Virus record (IMG/VR): IMGVR_UViG_3300032266_001097
Coordinates: 1 to 27,061 of that record
Length of the DNA: 27,061 nucleotides
DNA from: a virus
Lineage: Duplodnaviria > Caudoviricetes
Direction: 5' to 3' (one strand)
The position numbers were made by a program, and so were the translations under genes. The notes beneath the pieces are model-generated. The model had not been told where the DNA came from and did not search any database. It saw nothing but the letters and a program-made list of their open reading frames with translations. Of this stretch, positions 1-5,202 are shown piece by piece; position 1 is the first letter of the stretch, and each line of letters opens with the position of its first letter.

Positions 1-110
1 ATCTAAGCTAACGCGGTCGGGGGGGGTCACCCCTGTATACACGCCCTCGCGGAGAGCGGCGGGACCCGGACCATTCCGGATCCCGCCTGATTCTTCCCCA
101 AACCGGTGAA

Positions 111-968
111 TCACTCCGGCCCCGATGCCGTAGCGCTACCTCGCAAGAGCCGCAAGGTGGGCGCGCGTCGTGCCAGCTCACCGGCGAGCCAATCAGCGGG
201 AGCCCCGAAGTTGTGGAGCCCCGCCTGTAGCCCGAGCAGGAGCATCCACGCGGGCGCATCGTCACGATCTGGCGGACGCCACGTGGGCTCCTCGAGCACA
301 TCGCGCATGTAGCCATCGATGTGCTCCACCGCGTTTCGGTCCCGCGCATTCTGCGATGCCTCGTAGCGCGTGACCAGGACGTCGAGCGCCTGCGCCGTCG
401 CCGTGCCATCCGTCACGCCGAGCGCCTCCCCTGCTACGCCCTCCAGTAGGCGAGCGATGGCGGCGTGTCCACATGCACGGTCGTCGCGTTCACGCTCGGT
501 CCTCCTGCCCTGCCTGCTTGCTCGATCCGTTCCCCCCGCTTGCGGGGGGTAAGGGGGGATCTTGTTCTCTGATCTAGTTCCTTGATCTTGTTCGTGGGTC
601 ACCGGTGACCCGGGGGGGGGGTCATGGGTGACCCGGGGGGTGGGTCGTGGGTGACCCGGGGGTGCGCTGAGTTGACCCGGGGTATGGGCCTGTTCTTCGG
701 TCATCGTGAGTCGGTAGACCGACGACGTTTGCCCTCGCTCATTCGCGCGCGCCTTGACCGTCAACAGACCGCGCGCCTCCAGGACGTCGAGCGTCCGCTT
801 GACCGTCGAGCGTGAGACGCCCAGGTCGTCCGCAATGCGCTGCGTGCTCGGCCATGCCTGACCGCTCTTCGCATTGACGTAGGTGGACAGCACGCCCAGG
901 ACCGCCTTGTCCGCAAGCGTCAGCGTCGGGTCGCGCCAGATGTGCGTCGGTAGGGCCGACCAGGTCAT
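111..968 (-). CDS. Phage replication initiator with N-terminal winged HTH (lambda O / HTH_36-like)
   Basis: LTLADKAVLGVL...AWPSTQRIADDLGVSRSTVKRTLDVLEARGLL is a typical initiator wHTH. It is followed by a Pro-rich linker encoded by DNA repeats and the motif KIPPYPP. Start placed at ATG 968, which overlaps the upstream stop (ATGA), rather than 1076. Confidence 0.85.
   Translation of the reverse strand: MTWSALPTHIWRDPTLTLADKAVLGVLSTYVNAKSGQAWPSTQRIADDLGVSRSTVKRTLDVLEARGLLTVKARANERGQTSSVYRLTMTEEQAHTPGQLSAPPGHPRPTPRVTHDPPPGSPVTHEQDQGTRSENKIPPYPPQAGGTDRASRQGRRTERERDDRACGHAAIARLLEGVAGEALGVTDGTATAQALDVLVTRYEASQNARDRNAVEHIDGYMRDVLEEPTWRPPDRDDAPAWMLLLGLQAGLHNFGAPADWLAGELARRAPTLRLLRGSATASGPE
558..596. 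repeat. Three tandem 13-mers (GATCTTGTTCTCT, GATCTAGTTCCTT, GATCTTGTTCGTG), candidate DNA-unwinding element
   Basis: Read directly at 558-570, 571-583 and 584-596. AT-richer than the genome and adjacent to the iterons. Confidence 0.75.
596..682. repeat. Iteron array of the putative replication origin (GGGTCRNNGGTGACCC x3, period 23 bp, plus a fourth half-site)
   Basis: 596-611 GGGTCACCGGTGACCC is a perfect palindrome. Related copies are 619-634 GGGTCATGGGTGACCC and 642-657 GGGTCGTGGGTGACCC, with TGACCCGGGG again at 673. The array lies inside the initiator gene, as in lambdoid phages. Confidence 0.8.
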
Positions 969-1156
969 CTGAGCACCCGCGCCACGCGCTCGATGACGTC
1001 CTCTCGTGACCGCCCATAGGTCCACGCTGGAGGCAGCTTCCCCTTCACCTTCGGGAGCACGGGCCTCGCCATCCACCAGACCATCCCATCGGGTCGGCGG
1101 GCCTGCCGGACATGCACCTTTACGTCCCCCATCTGGAGGAGCTCGTCGTCTCGCAT
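965..1156 (-). CDS. Hypothetical protein (63 aa)
   Basis: AAGGAG RBS upstream; its stop overlaps the initiator start (ATGA). Confidence 0.7.
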   Translation of the reverse strand: MRDDELLQMGDVKVHVRQARRPDGMVWWMARPVLPKVKGKLPPAWTYGRSREDVIERVARVLR

Positions 1157-1166
1157 CTACTTGCCG

Positions 1167-1267
1167 CTCCTTGCCGGGGAAGAGCGCGGGGGGAGGTCCC
1201 CCCCACGCGAGCGGTGGATCAGACCGCGTCCGGCAAGGACTCGTGAGACGTACCGAGGTACGGCCTC
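1167..1267 (-). ncRNA. Candidate structured cis-regulatory RNA (multi-branch stem covering an RBS)
   Basis: 10-bp inverted repeat 1168-1177/1230-1239 encloses two hairpins (1188-1204 and 1211-1227); another hairpin lies at 1249-1262. Confidence 0.4.
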
Positions 1268-1289
1268 GTCGTCAACATGTAATCGTTGC

Positions 1290-1670
1290 TTACCAGTTGT
1301 ACGTCGCGTCGTCCTGGTCGTACCGGGCCTCGGCCGCACGTGCGCTATCGTCGCCGGGCTTCTTCGCGTCGAGGAACTTCACTTCCGACACGACGATCTC
1401 CGTCGTCTCCTTCTCCTGTCCCTGCTTGTCGGTGAACTTCCGGTAGGTCAGTCGGCCCTCCACGTACACCTTCGATCCCTTGTGAACGTACTGGAGCACG
1501 AGCTCGGCCAGCTTGTCCCAGATCACCAGGCGATGCCATTCGGTCGTCGTATCGCCTCCACGTTTCATGCTCGTGGCGAGCGAACAGGAGACAACAGTCT
1601 TTCCCGACGTCGTCGTCCGCGAGGTGGGTTCCTGCCCGATGTTCCCGATCAGAATGACCTTATTTACCAT
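1290..1670 (-). CDS. ssb: Single-stranded DNA-binding protein
   Basis: MVNKVILIGNIGQEP...TEWHRLVIWDKLAE...KGSKVYVEGRL is the canonical bacterial-type SSB OB fold; start at ATG 1670. Confidence 0.96.
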   Translation of the reverse strand: MVNKVILIGNIGQEPTSRTTTSGKTVVSCSLATSMKRGGDTTTEWHRLVIWDKLAELVLQYVHKGSKVYVEGRLTYRKFTDKQGQEKETTEIVVSEVKFLDAKKPGDDSARAAEARYDQDDATYNW

Positions 1671-1697
1671 GATACATCCTCGATACATCCATATGTT

Positions 1698-1991
1698 TCA
1701 CGTGTTGGGGAGCGTGGCGCTGTTCAGCCACTTGTGGATGGTGTGCTTGCTCTTCTTCGCGTAGTCCATGATCTGCTCGATGGTCGCGCCGTTGTCGCGC
1801 ATCGCACGCCAGCGCAGGACCTCCGCGGCGGTCGTGTGGTTGGACTTCGGATCCGCTGGCGTCAGATGGTAGTCGATGACCCATCGCGGTAGCCCCTGGT
1901 CCACCGCGATCTCCGCACGGCTAAATCCTGCGCGCACCATGCGAAGTATCTTCGCAAGCTGCTCGCTTGATACATGGTAGCGGTTCAACAT
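1698..1991 (-). CDS. Small DNA-binding protein with two HTH-like segments
   Basis: GFSRAEIAVDQGLPRWVIDYHL and GATIEQIMDYAKKSKHTIHKWL. Confidence 0.65.
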   Translation of the reverse strand: MLNRYHVSSEQLAKILRMVRAGFSRAEIAVDQGLPRWVIDYHLTPADPKSNHTTAAEVLRWRAMRDNGATIEQIMDYAKKSKHTIHKWLNSATLPNT

Positions 1992-2344
1992 GCATGCTCC
2001 AGCGCGGCGACGAGGGCATCGGCCTCGCTATCGACCCATTGCCCTCTATGATGTGGGTGGCAGTCGAACTGATACCCGTGCTCCCGTGAGATCTTGACGC
2101 TCACCTGGAGGAACGGAACGGCGTGCGCCTCCCGCACCAGCGCGAGCAGGCATCCCAGCGTGGCGGGATCGTCCAACACCGGCAGCGCCTCCCCAGTAAG
2201 CCCAAACGCCATCTGGGAGACGTTGCTGCCAACCAAGCGCACAGACTGCTGAGCTGGACCTGTTACTGCGAGCATCCCGCCCATCCACCTCCAGCCCTTG
2301 CACGCGACGGCGCGCTTCGCGAGCGCGATCTGTTCCTCGGTCAT
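1985..2344 (-). CDS. Hypothetical phage protein (WRWMGGM / DDPATLGCLL type)
   Basis: ATG 2344 follows the GAGGAGGAG RBS of the repeat and overlaps the upstream stop; shares motifs with 5940-6278. Confidence 0.75.
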   Translation of the reverse strand: MTEEQIALAKRAVACKGWRWMGGMLAVTGPAQQSVRLVGSNVSQMAFGLTGEALPVLDDPATLGCLLALVREAHAVPFLQVSVKISREHGYQFDCHPHHRGQWVDSEADALVAALEHAC

Positions 2345-2586
2345 GGCTCCTCCTCGCGGCGGTGCTCGCCGCGTTCGACACGATGATCTCCTGCGCGCAC
2401 GTTTTCTGCTGCGCCAATGAGGCCGCACCTACCCAGATACGCCACCACGGCGGCGCGCTCCTTATCCCGGCCCATGTCGTAGGCGCGGGCGAGGTCTTCG
2501 TTGTCGAGGGCGCGCTGGGCGCGGAGCCTGTCCACCTCGGCCTGAAGGGCGAGCAAGGCACGAGCGGTCGCGGTAGGGTCGTTCAC
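2341..2586 (-). CDS. Array gene 3 (ERAAVV...ERGEHRREE family)
   Basis: GTG start overlaps the upstream stop; repeat-borne RBS; conserved C-terminus VERGEHRREEEP. Confidence 0.75.
   Translation of the reverse strand: MNDPTATARALLALQAEVDRLRAQRALDNEDLARAYDMGRDKERAAVVAYLGRCGLIGAAENVRAGDHRVERGEHRREEEP
2348..2378. repeat. 31-bp junction repeat, copy 1 (hairpin + RBS)
   Basis: TCCTCCTCGCGGCGGTGCTCGCCGCGTTCGA, identical to 2590-2620. Confidence 0.95.
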
Positions 2587-2891
2587 TTTTCCTCCTCGCG
2601 GCGGTGCTCGCCGCGTTCGATGTCAGCGGCGATGTTGCGGCGCACGTTGCAGTACGCGCAGAACCGCTCCTCATGCCCAGGTGACCCGCATTCTGCACGC
2701 AGCCACTCCACCACGGCGGCGCGCTCCTGTGCTGCGCCGAGCGATGCGTAGTAGTCACGCTTCGGCTGCACCTGCTGTAGCCGCTCCACCTCCGCAGTCA
2801 ACGCGTCGAAGTCCTCCGCGAACACGACACGGTACGCGCCCTGCGACACTGATACGGCTCGCTCGCGAATCTCGTCTAGGTCGATGCTCAT
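2583..2891 (-). CDS. Array gene 2 (ERAAVV...ERGEHRREE family, with a C-x4-H-x4-CxxC insert)
   Basis: ATG 2891 overlaps the upstream stop; ERAAVVEWLRAECGSPGHEERFCAYC...IERGEHRREEEK. Confidence 0.75.
   Translation of the reverse strand: MSIDLDEIRERAVSVSQGAYRVVFAEDFDALTAEVERLQQVQPKRDYYASLGAAQERAAVVEWLRAECGSPGHEERFCAYCNVRRNIAADIERGEHRREEEK
2590..2620. repeat. 31-bp junction repeat, copy 2
   Basis: Identical to 2348-2378. Confidence 0.95.
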
Positions 2892-3088
2892 ACCCCCTCC
2901 TCGCGGCGGTGCTCGCCGCGCTCGATGTGGTCTGCGAGACCGTGAAGGTTGAGCGCCACGACCGCGTGGGGCACGGGATGAAGCGCGCGCAGCCACGCCG
3001 TGACGGACTCTCGCTCGAGTACCCGCGCCTGCTCGATGACTTGCTGGAGAATGTCGCTCGTCTCCGCGAGCGTGTGACGGTCGGTCAT
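2888..3088 (-). CDS. Array gene 1 (ERESVTAWLR...IERGEHRREE family)
   Basis: ATGA coupling to the upstream HTH gene; same C-terminal motif as the two downstream genes. Confidence 0.75.
   Translation of the reverse strand: MTDRHTLAETSDILQQVIEQARVLERESVTAWLRALHPVPHAVVALNLHGLADHIERGEHRREEGV
2896..2925. repeat. Junction repeat, copy 3 (one mismatch)
   Basis: CCTCCTCGCGGCGGTGCTCGCCGCGCTCGA. Confidence 0.93.
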
Positions 3089-3453
3089 CGATCACCCTCG
3101 CGAAGCATGCGGCGTGCGGCGTTGCGGTCCCTGACGTACTTCGAGATGACGTACCATTTCCGGCCTAGATGCTCTGCGACGGTGCGGACCGTGAGGCCCT
3201 CGTTGAGCTTCGCATCTACCATGCGCTGCTCGTGCTCCGTCAGCTCGGCGTAGGTCCTCTCCTGGTCGAGGCGCAGAGCCCGGAGGGCCGCACGCTTCTG
3301 CTCGTTCACGAGCGCCACGCGGATCGTGTTTCCCTTGATGCCGAGAAGTTCACCGATGGCAGCATGCGTCATGCCTTCGGCGCGGAGCTCCCCCGCTCGC
3401 GTGAGCTGCGCCATTGTCATCCGGTTGTACGGACGCGGGATGCGCGGCTTCAC
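3085..3453 (-). CDS. Double-HTH DNA-binding protein
   Basis: EGMTHAAIGELLGIKGNTIRVAL and EGLTVRTVAEHLGRKWYVISKYV; GTG 3453 preceded by GGAGG. Confidence 0.75.
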   Translation of the reverse strand: MKPRIPRPYNRMTMAQLTRAGELRAEGMTHAAIGELLGIKGNTIRVALVNEQKRAALRALRLDQERTYAELTEHEQRMVDAKLNEGLTVRTVAEHLGRKWYVISKYVRDRNAARRMLREGDR

Positions 3454-3503
3454 GGCCACCTCCCGAAACGGCGGACGAGTTCCGCGATGATGTCGCGCCA
3501 CAT
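3450..3503 (-). CDS. Micro-ORF MWRDIIAELVRRFGRWP (17 aa)
   Basis: Not in the ORF track. Starts in a TGATG overlap with the upstream ORF and ends in a GTGA overlap with the downstream gene. Confidence 0.45.
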   Translation of the reverse strand: MWRDIIAELVRRFGRWP

Positions 3504-3604
3504 CACGACGCCATCCATGCGCCGACATTCTGGGCGGCAGCCAGGAGCCACGGGAGGCCCCAAAAGATGACGTTGAAGGCGATTACGGTCTTGATCGTGC
3601 TCAT
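3503..3604 (-). CDS. Small hydrophobic peptide MSTIKTVIAFNVIFWGLPWLLAAAQNVGAWMAS (33 aa)
   Basis: Not in the ORF track. GGAGG RBS; first ORF after the promoter at 3636-3664; one predicted TM segment. Confidence 0.6.
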   Translation of the reverse strand: MSTIKTVIAFNVIFWGLPWLLAAAQNVGAWMAS

Positions 3605-3635
3605 GAGGCCTCCGGTAGCTCCGTGCTACACCTAG

Positions 3636-3664
3636 AGCCTACTAGGGAACATGCGAACGCGCAA
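3636..3664 (-). promoter_or_regulatory. Sigma70-type promoter TTGCGC-N17-TAGGCT
   Basis: -35 at 3664-3659 and -10 at 3641-3636, in an AT-richer intergenic gap between rusA and the micro-ORFs. Confidence 0.55.
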
Positions 3665-3691
3665 GGGTCTAACTTTCACATTCCGAAAGAT

Positions 3692-4138
3692 TTAGCGTTC
3701 TTCGATCCAGACCTCGATCCGTGCAGCCTCTGGGATCGCGCGCTTTAGGACGTTCAGCTCCACGACGATGGCGTCGTCCACGAGGATCCCAGCGTCCACG
3801 AGCGCGTCGAGAACCATCTTCGAGACGTTGTCCGCGTCGGGCTTCGTCGCGTAGGGGATGCCGAGGGTAGCTACGCGATCCTTCCATCGCTCTCGCGTAC
3901 ACCACGCGGGCCTCGCCTTGGGCAGGGGCCAGTACGCCACGATCTCCACGGCCACAGGGCCGGCGAACTGCTCGCCCTGGCGCTGCTCACGCAGCATGAC
4001 GACAGCTGCCTCCATCCACGCGCGATGCTCTGGCGGCATGTAGACGCGCCCACCACCGCGCGCAGCTCGGGGACGGGATGCGCCGCGAGGCACGAGGCCG
4101 ATGGTGTACTCGTAGTCGTTGCGGCAGCGGTCGCTCAT
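3692..4138 (-). CDS. rusA: RusA-family Holliday junction resolvase
   Basis: PRGASRPR...GPVAVEIVAYWPLPK...KPDADNVSKMVLDAL...ILVDDAIVV contains the RusA catalytic aspartates. Confidence 0.93.
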   Translation of the reverse strand: MSDRCRNDYEYTIGLVPRGASRPRAARGGGRVYMPPEHRAWMEAAVVMLREQRQGEQFAGPVAVEIVAYWPLPKARPAWCTRERWKDRVATLGIPYATKPDADNVSKMVLDALVDAGILVDDAIVVELNVLKRAIPEAARIEVWIEER

Positions 4139-4309
4139 TCAACCTCCACGGGGAACAGGGGCATCGCCACGCTCCGGATGCGTGCTCGGGCGATCTCTGC
4201 GTACTCTGGCGATAGCTCGCACCCGACGAAGTCGAAGCCCTCTAGGACTGCGCCTCGCCCGGTTGAACCGGACCCCGTGAACGGGTCTAGAACCGTCGCG
4301 CGCGGTCAC
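4135..4309 (-). pseudogene. Relic of an N6A/N4C DNA methyltransferase (SAM-binding C-terminus only)
   Basis: Frame 4305-4135 reads PRATVLDPFTGSGSTGRGAVLEGFDFVGCELSPEYAEIARARI..., with motif I DPFxGSGST. There is no in-frame start upstream of motif I and no DPPY motif. Confidence 0.85.
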
Positions 4310-4512
4310 GACCCGTACCCCGGCAGCGGCTTGGGCTTATCCGTCCACATTCGAAGGCCGGCGAGAACCCAGAGCAAAGCGAGCATCGTACCCACCACGC
4401 CCCAGACCCAGCCGGGAGCGTCAAAGTGGTCAAGTAGCAGGTAGACGAGGGCCGTCGTCTGGATGGGCAGTTGCGCTGGAAGCTGCCCCCAGGGGATGAC
4501 GGTGCGGGTCAT
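4306..4512 (-). CDS. Small membrane protein (2 TM)
   Basis: Hydrophobic segments TTALVYLLL and WVWGVVGTMLALLWVLAGL; GGAGG RBS. Confidence 0.7.
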   Translation of the reverse strand: MTRTVIPWGQLPAQLPIQTTALVYLLLDHFDAPGWVWGVVGTMLALLWVLAGLRMWTDKPKPLPGYGS

Positions 4513-4552
4513 GTTGCCTCCGAACTATTCGATATTGTCGAATGGTTGCCCA

Positions 4553-4696
4553 TCACGGCACATCCACGGCAGCCGCGGCCATGAGCTCCACCGCCGGGAT
4601 GTCCAGCGCGCGAGCTATCGCCACCATCGCAGAGAGCGACGGCTTGAACTCGCCGGCTTCCCATCGCGCCAGCGGAATAGTGTAGTGCAGACTCAT
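4553..4696 (-). CDS. Truncated XRE-family HTH protein (47 aa, lacks the N-terminal helices)
   Basis: MSLHYTIPLARWEAGEFKPSLSAMVAIARALDIPAVEL is the C-terminal half of an XRE domain; ATG overlaps the upstream stop. Confidence 0.6.
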   Translation of the reverse strand: MSLHYTIPLARWEAGEFKPSLSAMVAIARALDIPAVELMAAAAVDVP

Positions 4697-4908
4697 ATGT
4701 CTTCCGCTACCATCCGCATCAACGTCGAGGGCCTGTGCCCCAAGGCCACCGCAAGCCGGCAGAATACGTCGAGCGACGGCAATGCGTCGGCCGTCTCCCA
4801 TCGCGTGACCTGAGCGGCATGGACGCCAGCCCGCCGTGCCAGCTCGGCGCGAGTGATACCGGCGTCTCCTCGTAGATACGTCAGGACGCGTGCAAGTTGA
4901 TGTTCCAT
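4693..4908 (-). CDS. XRE-family (Cro/CI-like) transcriptional regulator
   Basis: LRGDAGITRAELARRAGVHAAQVTRWETADALPSLDVFCRLAVALG; start at ATG 4908; divergent from the plus-strand operon. Confidence 0.88.
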   Translation of the reverse strand: MEHQLARVLTYLRGDAGITRAELARRAGVHAAQVTRWETADALPSLDVFCRLAVALGHRPSTLMRMVAEDI

Positions 4909-4958
4909 GCACGATGTATACCCTTGCGGCCTCGCACACGCACGGCTACGGGTAGCGC
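4909..4958. promoter_or_regulatory. Divergent promoter region (50 bp)
   Basis: The only divergent gene junction in the genome; TTGCGG on + and TATACAT on -; no clear SD for either gene. Confidence 0.5.
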
Positions 4959-5201
4959 ATGAAACCTCCGAACGACGACTACATCCTCGCACTAGCCAAC
5001 GTCATCAGCTTCCTGTGCATCCACGGTCACGCGTTCGACGTCGTCAACGTCGTCGTGGATAGCCACGCCCACCCGATGATCATCCTTCAGGGGCCTCCGC
5101 AGGGTGCCACGATGCTCGGATGGGAATGGGAGGAGAGCTGGGACCGCTGGCAGCATACGACACCGTCCGGCATCGTCATCCGCGCTTTCAAGGGAGTCTA
5201 G
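4959..5201 (+). CDS. Hypothetical protein (80 aa)
   Basis: First ORF of the plus-strand operon; protein-like composition; ends just before the ERF start. Confidence 0.7.
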   Translation: MKPPNDDYILALANVISFLCIHGHAFDVVNVVVDSHAHPMIILQGPPQGATMLGWEWEESWDRWQHTTPSGIVIRAFKGV

Positions 5202-5202
5202 A

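Noticed and set aside
8-409. 133-aa minus-strand ORF at the left end
   Set aside because: Arg/Ser-rich alternative frame overlapping the initiator, with no supporting start context.
969-1076. N-terminal extension of the initiator given in the ORF track
   Set aside because: It overlaps the better-supported 965-1156 gene; the ATGA coupling points to 968.
1157-1289. Structured region as a tRNA or hammerhead ribozyme
   Set aside because: No T-loop GTTCRA, no CCA end and no CUGANGA/GAAA core.
1671-1690. GATACATCC direct repeat upstream of ssb
   Set aside because: Only two 9-bp copies at the RBS; most simply a small local duplication.
2348-2925. 31-bp palindromic repeats as a CRISPR array
   Set aside because: Spacers are about 210-275 bp and protein-coding, the repeats carry an RBS, and there are no cas genes.
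2348-2925. Repeats as integron attC sites or DGR template/variable repeats
   Set aside because: No GTTRRRY/RYYYAAC cores at the repeats, no integrase or reverse transcriptase, and no adenine-specific mismatch pattern.
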